This document shows positions 1 through 12,144 of a DNA stretch of 248,000 nt, piece by piece. The notes beneath the pieces are model-generated. The model searched no databases. It worked only from the letters and a program-made list of their open reading frames with translations, and had not been told where the DNA came from. Made by a program: the position numbers and the translations under genes. Within the stretch, counting starts at the first letter, position 1. Each line of letters opens with the position of its first letter. The DNA is from Wallemia ichthyophaga EXF-994 (lineage: Eukaryota > Fungi > Basidiomycota). The stretch is from positions 20,001 to 268,000 of the forward strand of contig NW_008806282.1 in NCBI RefSeq assembly GCF_000400465.1, written 5' to 3'.

Positions 1-319
1 GGAATTGGGTACTGAGATTCAACCAATTCCTTCACAAATTGATAGATCGTTATACGTTGCACCAAACGCTAGTGATGACGATGGTCAAATTCAGCAATCT
101 CAACAACAACAAAAGGGTTTACCTACTTTACCACCAACTCAACAAGTCATGAACGCTTATTCACAACCACCACCTCAACCAACATTCAATCAATCGAATC
201 AAAATCACCAGTATCAACAACGTAGTAATCGTGGTGGATACAATAGTGGATATTATGGAGGATCTGGTTTTCGTGGCAGAGGTGGTGGACCACCACGTGG
301 AGGAGTTCCTAGAGCTTAG
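1..319 (+). CDS. DHH1: DEAD-box helicase Dhh1/DDX6, 3' end (partial)
   Basis: GTEIQPIPSQIDRSLYVA matches the Dhh1 C-terminal motif; Q/N-rich and RGG tail. Confidence 0.8.
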   Translation, partial: ELGTEIQPIPSQIDRSLYVAPNASDDDGQIQQSQQQQKGLPTLPPTQQVMNAYSQPPPQPTFNQSNQNHQYQQRSNRGGYNSGYYGGSGFRGRGGGPPRGGVPRA

Positions 320-1048
320 AACTTTCATTTTACAGTTAATCAGTTTATCTTTCCTTTATCTTTTCCTTATGTGAAATAGTTTACTCTTTCATTTCCTCCT
401 CATTTCTTACGTTTCAATTCACTTTATTGCTTATACTACTTGAAGCACTCAAATCGTAGTATAATCGATGGCTCACTACTTGACAAATATTATTGCCATT
501 TCCTCAAATCCACAATTCCTCAGTGTTGAATTAGTTTCTACCTTAAACTAAACACTAAATTAAGCACTTAACCAACCATCAAACCTTGAATAAATCTAAG
601 AAGCTTAAACGCAAAGAGTACATTATTAAGACGTTCAACTTTCCACCTCACCTCATTCCATTTACAAGCCGTCAGGACGGGATACTTTACACTTTCACAG
701 AATATTCTGAATTATCGTTAAGTTTAGATATCCTCAATAACTTAGGTGATGTGTTCAACAGACATCATGCGCATATCCAACACACCTCTACCTACACTCT
801 GTAAACGACTAACAAACTAACAAAAGGCCTTCCGTATACACACAATCAGCCGAGAAAAGTTTTTTTTTGTTCAATTTGATTTTGTAAGTTAAATGCACAA
901 ATCACATTGAAATAATGCGTTATGCTGGAAGTATTGGGGAATTATCAATATAATATCAAGTATACAATGAGAAGTAACTGAAGTGACTGTGAACTTGTTA
1001 GAAAATCGTATGTACTGTGTTATAAGACAACTAATACAGCTGATACGT

Positions 1049-1135
1049 GATCAGACGTTTAAGATATATTATCAGCATAGAGACGGTTCAAGTGAACCAA
1101 GTCAGAAAGCCATGCATATGAATCTTAATCATCAT
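1049..1135 (-). ncRNA. Box C/D snoRNA, intron-encoded, predicted 18S rRNA guide
   Basis: Minus strand: C box ATGATGA 1135-1129, D' CTGA 1105-1102, C' ATGCTGA 1078-1072, D CTGA 1054-1051; 11-nt guide complementary to 18S AAGCCAUGCAU; lies inside a GTGAGT...CTAAC...CAG intron (1175-987). Confidence 0.75.
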
Positions 1136-1199
1136 CTTGTATAGCTAGTAGCAATTACTTATAATCTATACTCACCTAGAGCTAATTGTCAGTGTATTC

Positions 1200-1335
1200 A
1201 ATTATGATGAGACCATGGCAAGACAGAGAATCAGTCTATCATTTAAGGACAGCAGTCCATCCACATAAGCCATGGAAAGGCGTTGGATAATACATGCGTT
1301 TAAAGCATCATTTTGACACGCTGCCACAGCCTCTC
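1200..1335 (-). ncRNA. Candidate structured intronic RNA (possible snoRNA)
   Basis: Inside putative intron 1351-1176; CCATGGC/GCCATGG stem enclosing GGAC/GTCC and AGAC/GTCT hairpins; C-like ATGATGC and D CTGA boxes. Confidence 0.35.
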
Positions 1336-1585
1336 AAGTAATTCTACTCACAACGTAGTGGTTCAGGTTGAAGAGTTGAGGAATAAAATTTGGAAATCTC
1401 ATTTAAATAATAAAAAACATAAATTTATTACATCATTTGATTTTAATCACAATACTTGTTTCAAGAGGTAATTCTGCTTACTTGATGACTTTGTACTTTA
1501 GCTATTTGATTGAGTTATTTGGAGTTATACCTTAAAATTGAACTTGAGTTGGGGAAAAAGAACTACAGCATTTGAATTGAACCGC

Positions 1586-2952
1586 TTAGTCTGCTTTGTT
1601 TTGAGTGTAATCCTATTCAATACCATCATCAGACACCGAGAAAACCAACTTAAAACAAACTAACCTCCATCTCAGCGTCCAAGTCTTCAGCTGATTTGGC
1701 AACTCTCTTCTCTTGCTTTGGCTGATCGCTGCGCTTTTTGGTTGGTTTCCTAGTGAAACCGTGTTAATTGATCTGCTCCAACGACTGCCGGTATAATTGG
1801 ATTTATTAAAGAATTGAACATTAATGACAACCCCAACGTATCCAAATATAACAGTGCAACAACGTGAAAGACGAAACTCACTTGATAGCCTTCTTGGTCT
1901 TTGGCTTAACAGTGGTGACTGCCTCAGCAGGCTTTGGAGCTAATCTTTGAATTAATCCGCTCTTATCTGATGATTCAACGACTATTTCAATCTTGATTGG
2001 TCTGTCTGTTGATTTTATATTGAAGAAAAAGCGCTCGTCAGTCATTTTGTTCTAAATCAATGCAAGCACACATTATTTAGATAGTGTGGGGTGTGTTTTT
2101 CCCAGCAATGCATTGTAGACTCTAGCTGACTAACTGAAGCTTGAATCCCTTTCAACTAAGCTACTCAAAGTGGGCGTGATTAGGGTCATTGGCGAAGTAT
2201 CAAATGGGTTTGTCTCAACTGCCTATCCAATTGAGCTGACTGTCAGCCAATACCTGTCGCGCGTGATACTGAAGATCAAGTCGGTTAGCTAGACATTTGC
2301 GAGCTGAGTGTGGGATGATTCCGTCACTATACGCGTCACTCTGAGTCGCGTCGCGTCGCTCCAACCAGTCTAAGCGTCAGCGAGTCTGCTCAGTATGAGC
2401 TTATGACGAGTAATGCTAGAAACATGCTCAGTCATTGCAAGTATCGTACATACTCACACAACTATCTAAATAATGTGTACTATGAAAAGGTAAGACTAAC
2501 TGTTGTCAATGACGCGACCATTAAACTCCTTAAAAGCCTTGTTGCCATCACCTTTTCTCTTAAATCTAACTTGACCAAAGCCCTTCGAGGTTCCTCTTTG
2601 GTCGTAGCTGATGCTGCACTCAGCTACTGGTCCCACAGTTTCAGTCATCAATTCCTAAAGCGGTGTGAGTAACAAATATAAGTTATTGAATCTTGCTCAC
2701 CTTAAGCGCGTGGTCATTAACGTCTGGTGGGAGGTTGGAGATGATGATCTTCTTAGCCTCCTCATTGAGTGCAGCACCATCCTTGGTCCTTGGAATGACA
2801 CGATCAGCAACAGGCTTAGCGCCTTGAGCCATACGCTTCGATTCACCCTGTTTAGCGCCGCTGAGACGCTTGCGCTGAGTGGTTTTGCGATGGCTTTTGC
2901 GTTCTTGACGCTTAGCCTTAATAACGTCTTCGAGTGGCTGGTCAATGTTCAT
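1586..2952 (-). CDS. YRA1: mRNA export adaptor Yra1/ALYREF (4 introns, one of 495 nt)
   Basis: N-terminal UBM MNIDQPLEDVI, RRM (IIISNLPPDV...GTSKGLGQVRF...RPIKIEIV), C-terminal UBM DLDAEMEDY by manual splicing. Confidence 0.85.
2068..2478. repeat. 18-bp perfect inverted repeat inside the YRA1 long intron
   Basis: acacattatttagatagt 2068-2085 is the reverse complement of actatctaaataatgtgt 2461-2478. Confidence 0.9.
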
Positions 2953-3674
2953 AGAGGACTTGGTGGAGTGAGAATTGAGTGAGAAATTTAATTTAATTTG
3001 CTCACCATATTTATTGATAAATCGTGGTGGTTGTGGATCAAGATGTAAATTTATTTTAAATTTAATCTTTAACGCGAACGACAATGATTGCGATGAACGA
3101 AAATCTATTTGAAATGGCTAAATTTGATAAACTTGAATTATTACGGGAGATAGACGATGCTGAATATCTCGACTCCCTGCACGATTCAAGTTGAGATGCA
3201 GCACTCTTGTGTTGCGCGCTGACGCTGACGGATATTCTCATGATAGATATCTCGCTAAGATTGCAAAAAATCTGCTTGCTGTTTAATTGCTGGTTAAATA
3301 CTCGTAAGAAGTTTGAAACAGCGAGATTTCATCAGGAGATAAACGACGGCATCAAGGATATTGAGCTTGAGCATCTTAAGCAGGGTGATACAAATACTAA
3401 TATATATTTATAATTACAACTAACTCTTAACTCCCTTTTCAGAGCGCGAGATGAACAGACTAGCCATCTTTGCCAGTCAAATCGAATCCGCTACAAACAG
3501 CGATTAATTTGTTTACGCAAATAAATGATGTGGCGCCGATGGCACTGTCTTTTGCTCCCTAGACTGTGTCGTTGAAATATCCGCAAGTAATGATCCTCCC
3601 TTGCCTTTACGCTTACCACGCCTCATCACTCCTCGTCTAGTAAACGAAAGTCCTTTGAATCTATAATGCTGTAT

Positions 3675-4748
3675 TTATTCGTTAGTTGATGTATTTCCAA
3701 CTTTATTATCCCTTCTCACCTTCTTGTTCATATAGTAAAACAACACGCAATCTTGTACCGTTTTTCCAGGGATTTTTTCGGCTATCTCCGCGAATGATTT
3801 GGGTGTATCGACGTATGCTTTTAAGAAAACCTCCTTTTCCTCCTCACTCCAGGCTAGTGATTCGTAACTACGCTCATAATACCTTGTTGGGTCAAATATC
3901 CGCGCATTAGCGTCATTGTATGAGCAAGCCCATCTATCAATTGAAGTGACTTCTTGATTGGGTATATTAGCTTGAGTTCTGACTGCTCTGATCTTTGGAT
4001 CTCTCTTGTTCACTGTTTGTAGTCTTTGCAACATCTGATTCAAAAATTTTTCATTCTCCATTTCCTCCATATCGTTTTCATTGACGAGATGCATTGGCTC
4101 AGCATCTTGTGTCGCTTTCTCTATTATCGAACTTGAATCTGTTGCTTCCATGTCGGTGGATTCAACCGGTGGTGTTGCTTCTGCAACTACATGTTGAGGT
4201 ACAGCCGAAACAGGCTTACGGGACATATTTGCATTACGTCTATTTGTTAATTCAACATGCTCAACAGCTTCACCTCTTCTAGAACGCTTCTTCATTATAT
4301 GCTGTTGTTCTGCCTTTACTTTTACACCTCTCTCACAACTAGCTTCCCAATCAACTTGTAATGCTGCGTAATCATCGTTCAATCCCTCAATCTTTTGACT
4401 TCTGGCCTGATTTCTAAATATCATATACTCTCTCACCTTATCCTTGATTTGATCGTGCTGTTGCAAGACTTGAGATGTAAGCGAGTGAAACGTTTCAAGA
4501 TTACTATCTGTGTACTGTAATTCAAGCATTTCAACTGGCCTATCATTGACTTGCTCATTATTGAATTCCAAAGTCGGGTCTGGTGGATCGAATGATATCC
4601 CCTTGAGCTGCCTATCTTTCACCGTGTAGTTGACGAGTTGATCCAGATCATATAAAGGTGTTCCATCCGGTGCATCGGCTTCTACTCGTGCGCTTTGCCT
4701 CAATCCTGACACTGTGTGTGGATTTAACAGCGTCGGGTTTCGCATCAT
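3675..4748 (-). CDS. SANT/Myb-domain protein, Snt1/NCoR-like (3' exon not resolved)
   Basis: WSEEEKEVFLKAYVDTPKSFAEIAEKIPGKTVQDCVLFYY SANT motif. Confidence 0.7.
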   Translation of the reverse strand: MMRNPTLLNPHTVSGLRQSARVEADAPDGTPLYDLDQLVNYTVKDRQLKGISFDPPDPTLEFNNEQVNDRPVEMLELQYTDSNLETFHSLTSQVLQQHDQIKDKVREYMIFRNQARSQKIEGLNDDYAALQVDWEASCERGVKVKAEQQHIMKKRSRRGEAVEHVELTNRRNANMSRKPVSAVPQHVVAEATPPVESTDMEATDSSSIIEKATQDAEPMHLVNENDMEEMENEKFLNQMLQRLQTVNKRDPKIRAVRTQANIPNQEVTSIDRWACSYNDANARIFDPTRYYERSYESLAWSEEEKEVFLKAYVDTPKSFAEIAEKIPGKTVQDCVLFYYMNKKVRRDNKVGNTSTNE

Positions 4749-5545
4749 GATCGTCTTGTCTGAAGTTGCAATCGACGAGCAGGATTGGTACAATTGAAAA
4801 ATGAAAATTATATTTCGTGTTCGTAGCATAGTGTCCGGTAAGAAATGGTATTGACACACGCCATCTACCCCGTAATCTAATTACCGTGGGGCTAGACGGT
4901 AATGGCATGGAGACAAACTTGGAATTAAATAGGTATGGGGGTTTTTTGGCAGTGGCGGTTTAGCTATTAGCTATTTAAACTGCTTTTAATCCCCTTGTAG
5001 AGGAGAGGGAAAAATTTAACCCAAGTGTGAAACGAGCAATTAAGAAAGGAGGATGTAAGAAACGATAGCCAGATTGATCATAACAAGCGATAGATCATCT
5101 AAGAAAGCTTATATTACGTGTTATTTATCTACAATGCCAAAGTACGCCAAATGTATATTTATCCCTGCACAAGGATAACAAACATGTTTCAAACATCAAT
5201 GAAAGCAGCACTGAATTACTTCAGTTGATATATGTTACTTGCTAGGATTGGCCGTGTGGCAGCCAATCACATAAGCATGTAGAGAGAGGAGAGAGTGAGG
5301 TTGAAGCGAGTGTATTTATAGTTCCGCGTTTATTCTAAACTCTACTAGCGTCTAATATCTCTATTCCCCCTCAGACATAAATTTCGGTAGCAAACCAGGC
5401 CAGTTGAAAAGTGTGCAGACTTTGAATATAGTGATGGTACAAAAATTAGCTAACTTGTAATCCACTTAAACGCAATATCGGTCTTTTCGAGCGGTTGGAC
5501 TCCGCATCGCTCCTCTCAACTCCTTGCTAATTACCATCATCACCA

Positions 5546-6426
<881 letters not shown>

Positions 6427-6736
6427 GGTCGAAAAGGTTTAGCAAGTGGCTATATTTCATAAAGATAATCTTAAGCATTCTTCTCCCATCCATACACACT
6501 CTTATAAACTGATTGCTTATTTGACTTTTTCATCGTGAGGTGATGTGTGTGTGGAGTTTGTGTGAGCGTGTCGTTTAAAATCCCACTTAGGGTGCACTTA
6601 AATCAATTTTGTACCGACTAAAGCCATGCCTTCAAGGCTTCACGCCTTCACGCGTCCACTTGTACACTTACAGCCAAAGTCAATACGCGAAATCTAAATA
6701 AATCAAAAACATCTTCTTGTTTAACGTGGTTATGAC

Positions 6737-8976
6737 AGTGAGCTTGCTAGCACGTGAATATCTGTTTATTCGCTGACGAAATCAAGTGGGAATTTCAGGT
6801 CTAATCCCAACACTCAAGGATGCCTCAAAGCCCAAGCATATCTCAGAATACAAAGGTCAGACTTTGGCTATAGACGCTTATGTTCTGTTACATCGTGGCG
6901 CGTTCAGCTGTCCAGCTGAAATTGTCAAAGCTGGTCTAATTACCGATATCAATCAGCGTAATCTTGAATTATCAAAGTTATCAACCAAATTTCTCAATTA
7001 TTCCATTTTCCAGATAAAAGCAATGATTGCTATCAAGGTTAAACCCTACGTTGTCTTTGATGGTGGTCCACTTGGTGCTAAACTCTACACTGAATCCAGC
7101 AGGGACAAGTGAGTGGGGCAAGTACTTTGAAGCACCTCTTCTGACACTATGAAAGCTCTCGTGCAAAGAACCTCGATATTGCACTCAGGTTAGAGGCTCA
7201 GGGTAAAAAAACACAAGCTAGACAAGCGTTTAGCAAATGTGTAGATATTACGCCTCGTATGGCATACGAGTTAATTAAAGTGTGTCAGCCTTTTTCCCCT
7301 TCTCTCAATTAACCCACGACCTAAGGTGCTTCGTTCATTGAGAGTCGACTATGTTGTGGCTCCTTATGAAGCAGATGCGCAAATGTATCACCTAGAGAGA
7401 ATCAGCTTAGTAGATGGAATCATTACGGAGGATTCTGATTTGCTCGTTTTTGGTGCCAGAAAAGTTGGTTTTCTACCTCGCTTATTTTCCTTCATCTCAA
7501 AGTCACTTCTCAGGTCATCTTCAAGCTCAAGCAGGACGGCAGCTGTGACGAGATTTCTAGAGATAGATTTGGCTTGGTTCGTCTCGATGGTATCCCGCTT
7601 TGTTCAGGACAATGGACGGATGTCCACTTCCGTCGTATGGCCATGTTGAGTGGATGTGATTATCGTTAGTTGTTGCTCATCCTCTCTAATGCAATCATGC
7701 TCACGCAATACAGTCAAAAGTCTACCAGGTGTAGGATTAAAGAAGGCTTTTGATGCCGTTAGACGCGGCGGTGAAACTTTTGATATGTTGACACTCTACT
7801 TTCATCATCATTATGAAAATAAAGGAAAGAAGATACCCACTGACTACTGGTATAAGTTCAGGCTTGCAGATCTTGCCTTCATGCATCAAAGAATTTGGTG
7901 TCCGATTGAACGGAAAATCAAGCCACTAAATCCACTCCCTGTTGACTTTGCTCATAATGAAGAAATTAATGATTGGATTGGTTGTGATATGCCTGATGAA
8001 GTTGCTGAAGCTATTGCAAATGGCAACTTATGTCCAATCACCAATGAAGAGTTTGCAAATGAAGCCATTGCAACAAGACCTAAAGCTATGACAGCTAGAA
8101 ATACAATCAACGATAAAGTAGCACCTCAGAAATCATTATTTGATTTTTTTAACAAGAGTAGGTAGATATCATCAATAAGCGATCTCAATTGATTTGATAG
8201 AACCGACAGGTACCGGTAACAATAGTGGAAGAAAGTCGTTTGCGGGGGTCATTAGTGAGCGTAAAACTCCAAAGCACAATACATCAGCAGGTAGTAACCA
8301 TACGAAACAAAATCAGAAGGAAAATGTCTCCTCACCCTACTTTAGTGCCATAGCTAGCACATCTCAGCCAATAAAGAGGAAGTCTAATAAAGTAGAGATC
8401 CCACGCACTTTGAAACATGTATCGCCTGAACAACCACAACCAACCAACAACATCAGCTTCAGTTCGCCAACAGCAGCGTCTGATGAGCTGATATCATCTC
8501 CTGTCTCAGTTGACGTTTGTAAGGACGAAAAAAAAATATCGATTGAGGATGAGGAGGAAGAGGTCTTTGAGGAGTTTGATACGCCATCAAGAAAGGAAAA
8601 CATCAAGAAGGCTAAATTATCAATAGAAGCAACTCCAAGCCCAACTCAAAGACTGAAGCAACAGATCGAAATGAATGACAATATCAAGACTGGAGATGAT
8701 TGTCTTGATTCAGATGATGATTGTCAAATAATAACAGATAGCTCAATGAGGTCGAATGATACAATCACCAAAAGTTGGTGGGAGAGATTCTCATATAAAA
8801 CTACGCAATCACAATCAACTACAACTTCAACATCGATACCTTCTTCCCCACCAGCTGAAGAAAGAACACAATCAACACCATTCTCATCATTTTCTGTTGA
8901 TTCTCAACCTGAAAATGCTCCAGTTAAGTCAAAGTCGTCAATCAAGTTACTCAACTTTGCATACACTCGTCAATGA
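6737..8976 (+). CDS. EXO1: Exonuclease 1 (XPG/Rad2 family)
   Basis: [39 protein letters not shown]; ATG split by intron 6738-6786. Confidence 0.92.
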
Positions 8977-9505
8977 ATTATATTATATTTAAGCATAAGG
9001 ACAATTGTATCACATTATACGTTAAATTACTCAGCACTGTTTTGATTTTGACGTCATTATGTCTCTTTGAATTGAATTTTAAATTATATGGGCCGTTGAA
9101 CTGCTGCTATTTTAATGAAGCTGTGACCTTTTTAAATTTCTGTAATTTAAGTTGTTATACTGTGTGCACTCCTTTACTACCAACAGAGTATTGTGTGCGC
9201 CTGGTCTTCATCCGAAGCGTTTCTCCCGGTAGCCGTATTTCTTCACAGAAGTCGAACAGAGGCATAAACTAGTGTATATCTGTGTATTATCTACATTCTG
9301 CATTCATGCTTGTTCTCCTTTCTTCCTTGAATTCTCTTGTAGAACTTCCTAGAGTTTTGTAGCTTCGTCAAAGATTTTAACCTCGCGTAATATAAAAGGT
9401 GAGCTCGTTTGTCCCGCTTTAATTGATACATTAAAATTTTCACCCATCCCGGAACCCATCTTAAGAGTTTCGCTGAATTAGGTTTACGCTTCACTACCAA
9501 CAACC

Positions 9506-11845
9506 ATGATAAACAAATTAAACTCAATATTTACGATCGTTATACTTCTAGCGCTCTGTCCAGCATCCATGTGCTTCGGCTCTGGTGATATTTCCGAAAT
9601 ATCCGGTCTAGAGGTAAGGTTCAGTTTGTTTGACATTGGTTCAGAATGCTAAAACAGAGCGTAGGACCGCGCCTACAGACATGGAGATATCGATAATACG
9701 CTACTTGAATTGCTTTTTACCGTAGGCTCAAGCAGCGTGATCAAATCATTCCTCAAGAAAGCTTTCACTGGTTCATCTGGGAAAAAGTTTGACGTAAAGA
9801 ATGTCAAAAGAGTCTACTTTGGTAACTGGACAAGGGACCTCAGTCAAGCAATGGACGTATCTACCTTGACCAAGTTCAGTCCATCTACAATCACCTCCAT
9901 TGTTGCGGTCCTTGGCTTTCTTTCGTTCGGCTATGGCTCAAGAGAATTTGAAGTAAATGAGGAAATCTTGGGATGCTACAGACCTGAAGAGCATATTGAC
10001 AATCCAAAGAACTACGCAGATGCACCAGAAGGCTCTCCAAGAGAGATAACCGGCTATGATAAATTGCGTGGCGGGCTCGTTGACGGTGAATTAGACTTTG
10101 ACGAAAGGACAGGAATGAAAAACTACATAGCTAATGAAGACGGTGATTGGGACACTAGTTCAGAATATATCCGCAAAAATCTAATCGAATCCATCGAGCT
10201 CGGCAGAGAGGCGAGAAACGGTGGTACTGATGAGCAAATGTGGCATGCTTTGTATTTGCTTGGCAGAGCACTTCATTGCGTCGAAGACTGGCCAGCACAT
10301 TCAAACACAATCGAAGTCACCCTGCAATCACTGGGCTACTCAGATGTTTTCACTCACGTCGGAAGCAATGTAAGGGTTGAAGCACCCGACGGAAGAATGG
10401 TATCGCCAATCGTCACAGGAACATTTGGAGGTGCAGACTTCCTCCATTCCCTCCTTGGTGAGGCTACCGACAAGCTAAGCAGTCAAGGAATAGGTGATTT
10501 GAGTACGACTCTGTCTCAAAACAGGGAAAGCAATAACTCAGACCGGTTCAGAAAACTATTAGCTATGCTGCTCAAGTCCAAAGATAAGGGGGAAGCTGAT
10601 AATGACGATGAGGAAGGCCACCCTAGTGCTGATGACACAGTCAACAAACTGGATGACATCAGTCGTCACACGCATGAGGACTCTATTGATGAGAGTGAAG
10701 TTCGCGATATAATTAGGCAACTAATTAACATTCACGACGATATTGCAAGAACCATTGATGCAGTTATCGAGAAAGTACCCTTCATAAGCGATATACTGGA
10801 TGAGGCTTCTAATACACTGCAAGTTTTTATATTTTCCACTTTAGAACCTGTTCTCTCGCCTATTTTAAAGGATTTAAAGGACGTGATGTTCGAAGCCTCA
10901 GCTTGCGTAGTCGATGACGACTCTCAGCGTGAGGTCTTTGATGATCCCGACGCAAGCGACCCAACTCACTCGATGCTTGCAAAGGACCACTTTGGAAACG
11001 TACTTAACGCGCCTGCTGGTAGACTGGCGAAGTTGATGATCACCCACATTGTCAATGCTGTAGTTAAGGATGGCTGGGATGGGGAAGCGTAAGTGTCGCT
11101 GCAATTTTCACACCAGTGCTGACGCGCTATGCATAGGGACCCTAGCTCAATCGCCGATGAAGCTCTTCAAGCTCTCCATCATCCAGATTTTCAAAATGGT
11201 TCTGCTATTCAGGAAGATATGATGCAATTCGTCAAAGATTGGATTGAGTCTCAAGGAGAAGAAAAAGATGAAGTCCTGCGTAGATTGGAGAGAGACAGCG
11301 TTCTCGAACATCGCAATACAACTGATGGACTAAGTGGTGGGTCAATGAACCCAACTGATCAGGAGAAATACGGCAAATACTATGGTGCCAGTCAGGGTCT
11401 TCAAGGTCTTGCTGCGTCTGGGGCCCTGGATGGACTTCCTGGAGGCGAGCAGCTGAGTGAAGGTCTTACCGCCTTGCAACTTGGTGGTGGTGACACGAAT
11501 GAGTCTGTCGAACGCTCAAGATACGGCAGTAACAACCCAGCTCAGTACCGATCAAGCCACGAGGATAGTGGTGAGTATGCTAACGAGAGCTATGGCTCTG
11601 GCTTCAACTCAGGAAATGAATATCGTTCTGGAAACCATTATCAATATACTGGCTATGGAGGTCAGCAATCTCCTTACGGTGGTGGCGGATTACAGCCTAA
11701 CTACGGCAACAGCGGCTACGGTGGTCCACAAGCTTATGGTAACCCTGCTTACCCGGCATACCCAAACCAGCAATATGGCTACGGTTATACTGGTCAAGAG
11801 TACGGTAATGCGTACGGACAAGATTCAAACTATTACACTCAATAA
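9506..11845 (+). CDS. Het-C domain protein with signal peptide and G/Y/N-rich tail
   Basis: FGSGDI..RHGDI, VYFGNWTRDLSQAMD, YRPEEHIDNPKNY, DPTHSMLAKDHF. Confidence 0.85.
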
Positions 11846-12144
11846 TACCTGCTGAATTGACAAATATATCTTGATGACGTCTACGATTTACTTTCTTCGA
11901 CAGATGAATGATTTGCTTTTACAATTCTCCTTATCAGTGTTGTCATATTGCACTTTAATGTCGGCTTTAAAGGCTATATAAAGCCAGTATCATCTCACAT
12001 CCGACTGGTCGACGTCATAGCTGTGATAAGGTGGTATGATGAAAGTGATTGTCATAATAGCACGTTGCTTTCTAACCGAATTTGACCATCTTAACTTTAC
12101 ATCTTTGCTCTAATCTTCCCAAAATATCATCACTTATACCTCTT

